Positions 16,772-25,360 are shown, counted from the first letter of the stretch. The stretch: DNA of 35,352 bases from Chloroflexota bacterium (GCA_037147135.1 JBAWVU010000001.1:1-35352); one strand, 5' to 3'. Notes: generated from the letters alone by a model not told the origin. A program made the numbers and translations.

Positions 16772-18574
16772 ATGACGACGATCGACACCACCGGCCGCTT
16801 CGTGGGCGACTGGCCCAGGATCGGCATCCGCCCGGCCATCGACGGCCGGATGCACGGCGTGCGCGAGTCGCTCGAGGCGCAGACGGCGGCGATGGCGCGC
16901 CGCACGGCCGACCTCCTCGTCGCGAACCTGCGCTACCCGGACGGGACGCCCGTCGAGGTCGTCGTCCCCGACCACACCATCGGTGGCGTGTACGAGGCCG
17001 CCAAGGTCGCCGAGCTCTTCCGCAAGGAGGGGGTGGGAGTCTCCATCACCATCACGCCGTGCTGGTGCTACGGCTCTGAGACGATGGACATGGATCCCCT
17101 CACCCCCAAGGCGGTCTGGGGCTTCAACGGCACCGAGCGCCCGGGTGCGGTCTACCTCGCGGCCGTCCTCGCGGCCCACACGCAGAAGGGCCTCCCGGCG
17201 TTCGGCATCTACGGGCGCGACGTCCAGGATGCCGACGACGGGACGATCCCGGCCGACGTGCAGGTGAAGATCCTCCGGTTCGCCCGGGCCGGCCTCGCGG
17301 CGGCGATCCTGCGCGGCAAGTCGTACCTCTCGCTCGGCGGCGTCTCGATGGGCATCGCCGGCTCCATCGTGGACCAGGCGTTCTTCGAGAAGTACCTCGG
17401 CATGCGCGTCGAGTGCGTCGACATGTCCGAGCTCACGCGCCGTCTCGACGAGGGGATCTACGACCCGGTCGAGCTCGACAGGGCGCTCGCCTGGACGAAG
17501 GCGAGCTGTCGCGAGGGCACGGACCGCAACCCCGCGGACAGGGCCAAGAGCCGCGAGGAGAAGGACCGCGACTGGGAGACGGTGGTCAAGATGACCCTGA
17601 TCACCCGCGACCTCCTCGTCGGAAGCCCGCGCCTCGCCGAGCTCGGGTTCGGCGAAGAGGCGATGGGTCGCAACGCGATCGTCGGCGGCTTCCAGGGCCA
17701 GCGCCAGTGGACCGACCACGCCCCCAACGGCGACTTCATGGAGGCGATCCTCAACTCGTCGTTCGACTGGAACGGGATCCGGGCGCCGCACATCTTCGCG
17801 ACGGAGAACGACAGCCTCAACGGCGCGACGATGCTCCTCGGCTACCTGCTGACGAACCGTGCCCAGATCTTCGCCGACGTCCGCACGTACTGGAGCCCGG
17901 AGGCCGTGAAGCGCGTCACCGGCCACGACCTCGAGGGTCGAGCCGCGGGTGGCTTCATCCACCTCATCAACTCCGGTGCTGCCACGCTCGACGCGACCGG
18001 CGCGATGGAAGCCGATGGCCAGCCGGTCATGAAGCCGTTCTGGGAGATCACCGAGGGCGACGTGCAGGCGGCCCTCGCGGCGACCACGTGGTACCCGGCC
18101 AACCGGGGCTACTTCCGGGGCGGCGGGTACTCCTCGCAATTCGTGAGCAAGGGCAGCATGCCCGTCACCATGGCCCGCCTCAACCTGGTCTCCGGCGCCG
18201 GGCCGGTGCTCCAGATCGCCGAGGGCTGGACGGTCGACCTGCCGCGGGATGTCCACGACATCCTCGACCAGCGCACCGACCCGACGTGGCCGACGCACTG
18301 GTTCGTGCCGCGCACCAACGGCGTCGGCCCGTTCCGCGACGTGTACGCCGTCATGGCGAACTGGGCCGCCAACCACGGCGCGATCAGCTTCGGCCACATC
18401 GGGGCCGACCTCATCAGCCTCGCGTCGATCCTCCGGATCCCGGTCCACATGCACAACGTGCCGGAGGAGGACATCTTCCGGCCGAGCGCGTGGGCCAACC
18501 TCGGCACGGCCGATCTCGAGGGCGCCGACTTCCGTGCCTGCGCCGACTTCGGCCCGCTCTACGGCCGCCGCTGA
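16772..18574 (+). CDS. fucI: L-fucose isomerase
   Basis: 600 aa. [107 protein letters not shown] and [11 protein letters not shown] are colinear with E. coli FucI as I recall it. Confidence 0.95.
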   Translation: MTTIDTTGRFVGDWPRIGIRPAIDGRMHGVRESLEAQTAAMARRTADLLVANLRYPDGTPVEVVVPDHTIGGVYEAAKVAELFRKEGVGVSITITPCWCYGSETMDMDPLTPKAVWGFNGTERPGAVYLAAVLAAHTQKGLPAFGIYGRDVQDADDGTIPADVQVKILRFARAGLAAAILRGKSYLSLGGVSMGIAGSIVDQAFFEKYLGMRVECVDMSELTRRLDEGIYDPVELDRALAWTKASCREGTDRNPADRAKSREEKDRDWETVVKMTLITRDLLVGSPRLAELGFGEEAMGRNAIVGGFQGQRQWTDHAPNGDFMEAILNSSFDWNGIRAPHIFATENDSLNGATMLLGYLLTNRAQIFADVRTYWSPEAVKRVTGHDLEGRAAGGFIHLINSGAATLDATGAMEADGQPVMKPFWEITEGDVQAALAATTWYPANRGYFRGGGYSSQFVSKGSMPVTMARLNLVSGAGPVLQIAEGWTVDLPRDVHDILDQRTDPTWPTHWFVPRTNGVGPFRDVYAVMANWAANHGAISFGHIGADLISLASILRIPVHMHNVPEEDIFRPSAWANLGTADLEGADFRACADFGPLYGRR

Positions 18575-18685
18575 GACGGCCCGGCTGGGCGGGCCGCTCC
18601 GGCGACGGAGCCGGCCCGGTCCCGGTCCGGGGTCTCTGGCTCCGGGTCGCCTCGCGCGCTCGCCGTCGGCCGGGACCCCAGCGGG

Positions 18686-19543
18686 TCAGTAGCCGCGCAG
18701 CTCGGTGCTGGTCCGCCGCGGCAGGTCCCCGTGCGGTCGGCGCTCGAGCACGACGTACTCGAGGCCGTGGGCCCGGCAGAAGTCGCGCTTCTCGGGTTGA
18801 TCGCCGTCCTCGTTCACGACGTACAGGTGTGGCGCGATCGCGTCGATCTCCGGCTCGGCGTCCATCCAGCCCTTCCCGGTCGAGACGAGGCCGCGATGCA
18901 CGCTGCGCACCGCCCGGACCATGTACTGCCGCTCTTCCTGCCGCTGGAGCGGATGCCCGGGGCCCTTGAGCAGCCCGACGTTCCTGTCGCTCCCCACGAT
19001 CACGTAGAGGTCACCCAGCGCGGCGGCATCCCTGAAGAACTTGACGTGCCCCGAGTGGAGCCAGTCGAAGCACCCCGTCACCACGACCCGCCTCCTGCCG
19101 CTCGCACCTCCGGGGCCGTTGGTGCCGGGCTCGGGGAATCCGGCGATGTCCGGAGGTCCGATGACGCGGTAGTCGACGCCACGAGCACCACAGCGGGCGC
19201 GGATGTCGGGATCGTCCTCGTCCGCCGGGACCACGAGGGCGCCGAACTCGGTCGCGAGACGCGGGACCGCGAGCGAGAGTGGCAGCCGCACCATGGCGGC
19301 ACTGCCCACGTGGCGCAGGGATCGCGCGAGGAAGAGCCGCTCTGCCTGTGGAAAGCTGGGCGGGAACCCGCTGCCGGACTCGACGAGCGCGTCCGACGCG
19401 AGTCGAACGTGGACGGTTCCCAGGCGCGCGGCCTCCTCGAGGAACCGGACGTGCGAGGACCGCAGCTGGTCCAGGCTCATCGCCACGACGACCCTCGGTG
19501 GGCTCCCGCCGCGGCCTGCATCCGGCGGGCCGGCGTCGATCAT
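18686..19543 (-). CDS. Tandem cytidylyltransferase-fold (HIGH-motif) nucleotidyltransferase. The N-terminal copy is degenerate and the C-terminal copy is canonical.
   Basis: The start is taken as ATG 19543 (MIDAGPP), 10 nt after the upstream stop. The C-terminal half reads RRVVVTGCFDWLHSGHVKFFRDAAALGDLYVIVGSD (GxFDxxHxGH as in TagD, RfaE domain II, HldC and RibL). The N-terminal half reads PRVVVAMSLDQLRSSHVRFLEEAARLGTVHVRLASD and aligns to it, but lacks GxFD and the first His. Confidence 0.7.
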   Translation of the reverse strand: MIDAGPPDAGRGGSPPRVVVAMSLDQLRSSHVRFLEEAARLGTVHVRLASDALVESGSGFPPSFPQAERLFLARSLRHVGSAAMVRLPLSLAVPRLATEFGALVVPADEDDPDIRARCGARGVDYRVIGPPDIAGFPEPGTNGPGGASGRRRVVVTGCFDWLHSGHVKFFRDAAALGDLYVIVGSDRNVGLLKGPGHPLQRQEERQYMVRAVRSVHRGLVSTGKGWMDAEPEIDAIAPHLYVVNEDGDQPEKRDFCRAHGLEYVVLERRPHGDLPRRTSTELRGY

Positions 19544-19553
19544 CGGGTGCCCC

Positions 19554-20432
19554 CTACCGTGTCCGTACCGAGACGCGGGACGACCCGGGGACCACTTCCT
19601 TTGATGCGACGACCAGGTAGCCGCCGCCGCACCCCGAGTACATGGCTCCGTCATACCTCGCCTGGTACCAGCCGAGCAGCGACTTGAGGTCGATCGTGAT
19701 CGCCGGGTGCGCGAGGGTGTGGGGCAGGAGGGCGTCCCAGCACGTCGAGCATTCGTTCATGGAGGCTCCCAGGGCGACGACGTCCTGCCGGATGATCGCG
19801 TCGTAGCAGTCCGTGCCGCTCTGTCCCAGCCGCCTGACCCAGTCCGGATCCAGGCGCTTCACCCCTAGAGGGGTGTAGCCGGGAGACCGGGGGGACACGG
19901 CGACCAGGTGGATGGCCCGCTCCAGCCATCGGGCTGCCGCGGGATCGCAGGTGGACTCGATGTGGCACGGGAACCAGCCACCTGCGACTGACGCGTCGTA
20001 GTCGAGGCGGCTCACGCCCGGGAAGACGATCCCGCACATGTCCTGCGAGCCGGACGGCTCGGCCTTCGCCGCGTTCTCGGCGGCGTAGAGCTCGCGGACC
20101 AGGTCCATGGGTCGGCGGTCGGCGGGCAACCCGTCGCCCCACAGCGCGAAGGCGCTGGCTCGCGTGCCCGTCGCCATGCCGCTCCGGTCCATGTAGCGGA
20201 CGGACGGCTCCAGCGAGACGACAACCATGGAGCCGGGCGGTTCCGGGTCGTGGCCAGAGACGAAGGGCTGATCGATCCAGCCCCCCGCGAGCTGGAGGCG
20301 GTAGGGCAGGCGACCGATGATGTCGCCGAGCTCGGGCACGGGTGGCACGGCATCATCGCCGGGCAGGTCCGGGGCGCGACCCGCGGTGCTTTCGAGATCC
20401 ACCGGTGGCCCGGATGGCGGACGCGACACCAC
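19554..20432 (-). CDS. GHMP-kinase-like sugar kinase, compact, of the fucokinase/HddA-like subgroup
   Basis: RLPYRLQLAGGWIDQPF (cf. RI-LAGGGTD), DRSGMATGTRASA (a divergent version of the PxGSGLGSSSA phosphate loop), GSQDMCGIVFPG (cf. the G-x-QD motif of HddA/fucokinase), and the C-terminal MYSGCGGGYLVV (cf. SGAGGGGF). GTG 20432 is 1 nt after the epimerase stop. The Pro-rich first ~35 aa make the start uncertain. Confidence 0.55.
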   Translation of the reverse strand: MVSRPPSGPPVDLESTAGRAPDLPGDDAVPPVPELGDIIGRLPYRLQLAGGWIDQPFVSGHDPEPPGSMVVVSLEPSVRYMDRSGMATGTRASAFALWGDGLPADRRPMDLVRELYAAENAAKAEPSGSQDMCGIVFPGVSRLDYDASVAGGWFPCHIESTCDPAAARWLERAIHLVAVSPRSPGYTPLGVKRLDPDWVRRLGQSGTDCYDAIIRQDVVALGASMNECSTCWDALLPHTLAHPAITIDLKSLLGWYQARYDGAMYSGCGGGYLVVASKEVVPGSSRVSVRTR

Positions 20433-20433
20433 G

Positions 20434-21519
20434 TCAGCCCTCCACCACGGCCCGGCCCGCCTTGCGCGCCGCGTACTGGTCGGCGATCCAGCTGTACGTC
20501 GCCGCCATGCCGACCCGCAGCGGCGTGTTGGGCTCCCAGCCGAGGACGCTGCGGATGAAGGTGTTGTCGCTGTTGCGGCCGGCGACTCCCTTCGGCGCGT
20601 CCGGATCGTACGAGCGCTCCAGCGTGATGCCGGCGATCTCCTCGACGATCGACACGAGCTCGTCGATGGAGACGAGCTCGCTGGAGCCGAGGTTGATGGG
20701 CGTCGCGATGAGCGCGTCGCTGTGCATGATCCGGTCGATCCCGACCAGGCAGTCCTCGATGAAGCAGAAGCTGCGGGCCTGCGTCCCGTCGCCCCATATC
20801 TCGATCCGCAGGTCGTCGGCGTCCTGTGCCTCGATCACCTTGCGGCACATGGCGGCGGGCGCCTTCTCGCGGCCGCCGAACCACGTCCCGTTGGGACCGT
20901 AGATGTTGTGGAAGCGCGCGATGTGCGTCTCGAGCCCGCGCTCCGCCCAGTACTCCTGGCAGAACATCTCCGAGATGAGCTTCTCCCATCCGTAGCCGCG
21001 CTCGGCCATCGCCGGGTATGCGTCGGATTCCTTGAGGGCCAGGGCGTCGGGCGTCTTCTGGAGATCCGTGTTGTACGCGCAGGCCGACGACGAGAAGAAG
21101 TAGCGCCGCACGCCGGCCCGGTACGCGGCCTCGATCATGTTGGTGTTGATGAGGATGCTCCGCAGGCACATGACCCGGAAGCGCTCGATGAAGCCCATCC
21201 CACCCATGTCGGCGGCGAGGTTGTACACCTCGACGGCGCCTTCGACCGCACGGATCGCGTTGGCCTCGTGGCCCAGGTCCATCGACAGGCACTCCACGCC
21301 GGGCACGCGCTGGTACCACTCGGGGAGCGGTTTCCGATCGACGGCCCGGATGCGCGTGTGGCCCAGGTCGTGGAAGTACCGGGCGAGCGAGCCCCCGATG
21401 AACCCGCCGGCGCCGGTGATGACGATGAGGTCGTCGCGATCGAGCCCGCGCTCGATGTCGGTGCCGGGCACCGTGCCGTTGAGTCCGATGGTCATCGCCG
21501 CATCGCCTTTCCTGTTCAC
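20434..21519 (-). CDS. gme: GDP-D-mannose 3,5-epimerase homologue (extended SDR)
   Basis: ITGAGGFIGGSLA, NLAADMGGMGFI, YFFSSSACAYN, LKESDAYPA...GYGWEKL, ARFHNIYGPNGTWFGGREKAPAAMCRK, IWGDGTQARSFCFIEDC and GVAGRNSDN are colinear with plant GME as I recall it (NLAADMGGMGFI, SSACIYP, RFHNIYGPFGTWKGGREKAPAAFCRK, WGDGLQTRSFTFIDEC, GVRGRNSDN). The catalytic Cys, Tyr and Lys positions are retained. The start is GTG 21519 (GTGA overlap with lacI) or ATG 21495. Confidence 0.85.
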   Translation of the reverse strand: MNRKGDAAMTIGLNGTVPGTDIERGLDRDDLIVITGAGGFIGGSLARYFHDLGHTRIRAVDRKPLPEWYQRVPGVECLSMDLGHEANAIRAVEGAVEVYNLAADMGGMGFIERFRVMCLRSILINTNMIEAAYRAGVRRYFFSSSACAYNTDLQKTPDALALKESDAYPAMAERGYGWEKLISEMFCQEYWAERGLETHIARFHNIYGPNGTWFGGREKAPAAMCRKVIEAQDADDLRIEIWGDGTQARSFCFIEDCLVGIDRIMHSDALIATPINLGSSELVSIDELVSIVEEIAGITLERSYDPDAPKGVAGRNSDNTFIRSVLGWEPNTPLRVGMAATYSWIADQYAARKAGRAVVEG

Positions 21520-22535
21520 ATCGAAGGTGGGGGGACGCCCCGGGGATCACCACTCGAGCGTCGAATCACCAGGTGGGTGGGCAGGACGACCTCGCGGAAC
21601 CCCGGCGCCGGGCCGAGAGAGAGACGCTCGAGCAACATGGTGACGCTCCGCTCGCCCATCTCGTGCGCCGGCTGAGCCGCCACGGTGAGGAACGGGAACG
21701 TGACCATGGCGGGCGGCAGGTCATCGAAGCCGACCACGGCCACGTCCCCCGGCACGCGGACCTTCATCTCGTCGAGAGCCTGCAGCGCGCCGATCGCGAT
21801 GAAGTTGTTGGCGGCGAAGAGAGCCGTGGGCCGAGGCCTCGCCGATGCGGCCAGCCTCGCCATCTCCCGGCCGCTCTCGATGGTGAACGCGCCACGATAG
21901 ACGCGAGGGGGCCGGCGTCCCGCCCCGACGAGCGCCTTGCGGAAGCCGGCCACGCGGTCGGCGGCCGTGGACACAGCACGGGGCCCACTCAGCACCGCGA
22001 TCGACTCGTGCCCCAGCGACACGAGCAACCGGGCCAGCTCGATGGCGCCGCCTCTCGAATCGCCACGAACGACGTCGGCCGCGCGCCGGGTGAGCCGCCG
22101 GTCCACCACGACGACCGGCGTTCCGTGGAGGCGACACTGCTCGATCGCGGCGGCGCCGTGTCGGGCGGGCACGAGGAGGATCCCGTCGACGCGCCGCTGC
22201 AGGAGCATCCGGACGTAGCGCTGCTCGTCCGCCTCGCGCTCGTCCGTGTTGCAGATGATGAGCATCATCCCGGCATCGCTCGCGGCATCCTCGACACCAC
22301 GCGCGACGGTGGTGAAGAAGGGGTTCGTCATGTCAGTGACGATGAGCGCGATCGTGTCCGTCCGCCTGGAGCGGAGGCTTCGGGCGACGGAGTTGGGCAC
22401 GTAGCCGATCTCGGCGATGGCCAGTTCGACCCGGGCTCGGACCTGTCCGCTCACCGGGCCGGAGCCGTTCACGACACGAGACGCGGTGATGGCCGCGACG
22501 CCGGCGCGGTTCGCCACGTCCACGATCGTCGGCAT
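21516..22535 (-). CDS. LacI-family transcriptional regulator (paralogue 2), first gene of the epimerase operon
   Basis: MPTIVDVANRAGVAAITASRVVNGSGPVSGQVRARVELAIAEIGYVPNSVARSLR. About two-thirds identical by eye to the LacI at 15175 over the first ~120 aa. ATG 22535 is preferred; GTG 22541 is possible. Confidence 0.9.
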   Translation of the reverse strand: MPTIVDVANRAGVAAITASRVVNGSGPVSGQVRARVELAIAEIGYVPNSVARSLRSRRTDTIALIVTDMTNPFFTTVARGVEDAASDAGMMLIICNTDEREADEQRYVRMLLQRRVDGILLVPARHGAAAIEQCRLHGTPVVVVDRRLTRRAADVVRGDSRGGAIELARLLVSLGHESIAVLSGPRAVSTAADRVAGFRKALVGAGRRPPRVYRGAFTIESGREMARLAASARPRPTALFAANNFIAIGALQALDEMKVRVPGDVAVVGFDDLPPAMVTFPFLTVAAQPAHEMGERSVTMLLERLSLGPAPGFREVVLPTHLVIRRSSGDPRGVPPPSM

Positions 22536-22612
22536 CGACACGGGCTCTGCCCCTCGGATGACTTCCCCCTGCCCCTGGCGCCGGGAGCGGCCAGGAGTGG
22601 CAGCGCGAGCGG

Positions 22613-22626
22613 TGGTAACGCTACCA
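22613..22626. promoter_or_regulatory. Candidate LacI-family operator in the divergent lacI2 / FGGY-kinase intergenic region
   Basis: tggtaacgctacca is a 14-bp inverted repeat with a central CG and 12 of 14 positions symmetric. It lies 78 nt upstream of ATG 22535. Confidence 0.45.
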
Positions 22627-22870
22627 TGCAGGGTGCCGCCAGTCTCCCTGAGGAGCGAGCGACCGGCGTCGCGCTCTACGGCCGCCGCTTATCCATCGCC
22701 GCTGGCCGGGGCCGGTCAAGCACGGCGGTCCCGCGCGGCCGCCGGTGGGATCTATCCTTGGTCGGGCCGCGAGGTCTCCGGCCAGCGCCGGAGCCACCGG
22801 CTCGGGCGGGCACCGGCGGCACGGGACGCCGGCGAGCAGATCCCGTATCGACAGCAGCCGAGGGAAAGCC

Positions 22871-24370
22871 GTGAGTGACCTGTTGCTCGGTGTCGACATC
22901 GGCACGTCGAGCTCCAAGGGCGTGCTGGTCCGGCCGGACGGAACGATCGTCGCGACGGCCCAGCGACCGCACCAGCTGTCGCTTCCCCGCCCGGGCTGGG
23001 CGGAGCATGACGGCGAGACGGTCTGGTGGGCCGACTTCGTCGCGATCGCTCGCGAGCTCGCGGCCCACGAAGGGGGTCGGATCGCCGCGGTCGGGGTCAG
23101 CGGCATCGGCCCGGCCGTCCTGCCGGTCGACGAGGCCGGCCGATCGCTCCGGCCCGCGATCCTGTACGGCATCGACACCCGCGCCACCCGGGAGGTCGAC
23201 GAGATGACCGACCGCTTCGGGGCGGACGCCATCCTCGCCCGCGGCGGGACACTCCTGACCTCTCAGGCCGCGGGACCCAAGCTCGCCTGGATCCGTCGGA
23301 ACGAGCCCGACGTCTGGGCTCGGACGCGCCGCTTCCACATGGCCCATTCGCTCGTCATCGAGCGCCTGACCGGCGAGTACGTCCTGGACCACCACTCGGC
23401 GAGCCAGTGCGACCCGCTCTACGACATGACGGCGGCCGCGTGGGCGACGGACTGGGCGGAGGACGTCGTGCCCGGCGTGGAGCTCCCACGGCTCGCGTGG
23501 TCGAACGAGGTCGCGGCCCGCGTGCACGCGGAGGGCGCCGCGGCCACGGGCATCCCGGAAGGCACTCCCGTCGTCGCGGGCACGATCGACGCCTGGGCCG
23601 AGGCCCTGAGCGCGGGCGTGCGCGACCCGGGCGACACGATGCTCATGTACGGCACGACGATGTTCATGGTGGAGATCGCCCGAGCGTTCCGCCCCGAGGC
23701 CAGCCTCTGGACCACCCAGGGCGTCTTCGAGGGGACGTGCACCTACGCCGCCGGCCTCTCGACGTCGGGAGGCCTGACGGTCTGGCTGCGCGACATCGTC
23801 GGCCTGGAGTTCGAGGCCCTCATCGTCGAGGCGGCGCAGACGCCGCCCGGCGCCGATGGCCTCGTCGTCCTGCCCTTCTTCGGCGTGGCGCGCTCGCCCA
23901 TCTTCGACCCCCGGGCTCGCGGTGGGATCTTCGGCCTGACGCTGAGCCACGGCCGCGGCCACCTGTATCGCGGGCTGCTCGAGGGCTCTGCCTACGAGGT
24001 CCGCCACAACCTCGAGGTGATGGAGGCCGCGGGTGCCGCGCCAGAGCACCTGACCGCTGTCGGCGGAGGGACGAAGAGTGGCCTGTGGACCCAGGTCGTC
24101 TCAGACGTCACCGGGCTCCGGCAGGTCATCCCCGCGGTGACGATCGGGGCGAGCTACGGCGATGCCATGCTCGCAGGTGACGGTGCGGGCCTGGTCGCGG
24201 CCGATGCCCGATGGAACGCGCCCGCCGACACCCTCGTGCCCGATGGTCGCGCCGGCGCCCGGTACGACGAGCTGTATCGCATCTACCGGGCCCTCTATCC
24301 GGCGACGCGGGAGCTCGCCCACGCGATCGCGCGGGTGCAGGAGGAGACCGCCGAGGCGTCGGCTCGTTGA
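22871..24370 (+). CDS. FGGY-family carbohydrate kinase (xylulokinase-like; substrate unknown)
   Basis: Trimmed to GTG 22871, preceded by gagggaaag. LLLGVDIGTSSSKGVLV, PGWAEHD, GVSGIGPAVLPVD, VVAGTIDAWAEALS, TAVGGGTKSGLWTQVVSDVTG. Confidence 0.85.
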   Translation: MSDLLLGVDIGTSSSKGVLVRPDGTIVATAQRPHQLSLPRPGWAEHDGETVWWADFVAIARELAAHEGGRIAAVGVSGIGPAVLPVDEAGRSLRPAILYGIDTRATREVDEMTDRFGADAILARGGTLLTSQAAGPKLAWIRRNEPDVWARTRRFHMAHSLVIERLTGEYVLDHHSASQCDPLYDMTAAAWATDWAEDVVPGVELPRLAWSNEVAARVHAEGAAATGIPEGTPVVAGTIDAWAEALSAGVRDPGDTMLMYGTTMFMVEIARAFRPEASLWTTQGVFEGTCTYAAGLSTSGGLTVWLRDIVGLEFEALIVEAAQTPPGADGLVVLPFFGVARSPIFDPRARGGIFGLTLSHGRGHLYRGLLEGSAYEVRHNLEVMEAAGAAPEHLTAVGGGTKSGLWTQVVSDVTGLRQVIPAVTIGASYGDAMLAGDGAGLVAADARWNAPADTLVPDGRAGARYDELYRIYRALYPATRELAHAIARVQEETAEASAR

Positions 24371-24380
24371 TCGCGCCACC

Positions 24381-24404
24381 GGGCGCGCCTCGCGGGCCGC
24401 GCCC
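24381..24404. terminator. Possible bidirectional hairpin between the convergent FGGY and PfkB kinase genes
   Basis: gggcgcg (24381-87) / cgcgccc (24398-404), a 7-bp GC stem with a 10-nt loop, in a 48-bp convergent gap. Weak evidence. Confidence 0.3.
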
Positions 24405-24418
24405 GCAGTATCGGTCCT

Positions 24419-25360
24419 TCAGGCCGGGTCGGACTCGTCCATCTCGGCCCGCGTCGGTGGCTGGGCGCCTGCCCGCGTGCAGGTGATCGCCGCCGCCCGG
24501 TCGGCGCACGTCAGGGCCTCGCGCAACGCGTCCGCCGGGATCTCCCGGATGCTCGCTCTCTCGAGCCGGCCGGCGGCGTGCAGCCACGCGAGGAGGCCCG
24601 AGGTGAAGGCGTCACCGGCGCCCACGGTGTCCGAGACCACGACCGGCGTTCCTGCGACGGCGACGCGGTCCCGGGCCGTCAGGCCGATGGAGCCGTCGGC
24701 TCCCCTCGTGACGACGACAAGACCGGGACCGCGCGCCAGCCACGCCTCAGCCGCCGCGTCCGGTGCCGTCTCCGGGTAGAGCCACGCGAGATCGGCACGG
24801 CTCACCTTCACGACGTCCGCGAGCGAGACCCACCCTTCGAGGCGGGCGACGTAGGCCGGACGATCACCGACGAGGCTCGGGCGGACGTTGGGATCCAGGC
24901 TGAGCACCCGGCTCCCGTGCTCCCGGCGCATGACCGCCTCGAAGGCCGACGCCCCGGGCTCGCGGACCATCGAGATCGAGCCGAAGTGCAGGGCGGTGAC
25001 CTCCGAGGGAAGGACGGCGGGGAGGTCGTCGACGCGGAGCATCCGGTCCGCGGCGTTCACGTCGTGGAACGTGTACACCGGTTCGGCCCCCGTCTCCAGG
25101 TGGACGATGGCCAGGGTCGAGAGCTCGTCGCCCTCCTGCACGAGCCGGCAGTCCACCCCGTCGGCCAGCAGGCGCCGGCGCAGCATCTGCCCGAACGGAT
25201 CCCGGGAGACCCGCCCCATGAACCCGACGGGGATGCCCAGCCTGCCGAGGCCCACCGCCACGTTGAACGACGAGCCGCCGGCCCGCGCGACGTAGGCCGG
25301 CTCGTCACCCTGCGACAGCGGGACGAGATCGATGAGCGCCTCGCCACAGACCAGGATCAT
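24419..25360 (-). CDS. PfkB-family sugar kinase (fructokinase-like)
   Basis: MILVCGEALIDLVP...AGGSSFNVAVGLGRLG, LSLDPNVRP, DTVGAGDAFTSGLL. RBS gggggaga. Confidence 0.85.
   Translation of the reverse strand: MILVCGEALIDLVPLSQGDEPAYVARAGGSSFNVAVGLGRLGIPVGFMGRVSRDPFGQMLRRRLLADGVDCRLVQEGDELSTLAIVHLETGAEPVYTFHDVNAADRMLRVDDLPAVLPSEVTALHFGSISMVREPGASAFEAVMRREHGSRVLSLDPNVRPSLVGDRPAYVARLEGWVSLADVVKVSRADLAWLYPETAPDAAAEAWLARGPGLVVVTRGADGSIGLTARDRVAVAGTPVVVSDTVGAGDAFTSGLLAWLHAAGRLERASIREIPADALREALTCADRAAAITCTRAGAQPPTRAEMDESDPA

Noticed and set aside
16166-18454. 762-aa minus-strand ORF
   Set aside because: It is antisense to fucU and fucI, whose identity is unambiguous. It has no motifs.
18575-18685. 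Looked for a terminator in the convergent gap between fucI and the nucleotidyltransferase gene
   Set aside because: There are only short (6-8 bp) GC stems with alternative pairings (e.g. ggcccg/cgggcc). Nothing is comparable to the hairpins at 5272 or 35147, so no call was made.
22841-22856. cgtatcgaca just upstream of the FGGY kinase start, reminiscent of half of the GTTATCGATAAC dyad
   Set aside because: It is not palindromic (4 of 8 positions symmetric). A single degenerate half-site in the RBS region is weak evidence.
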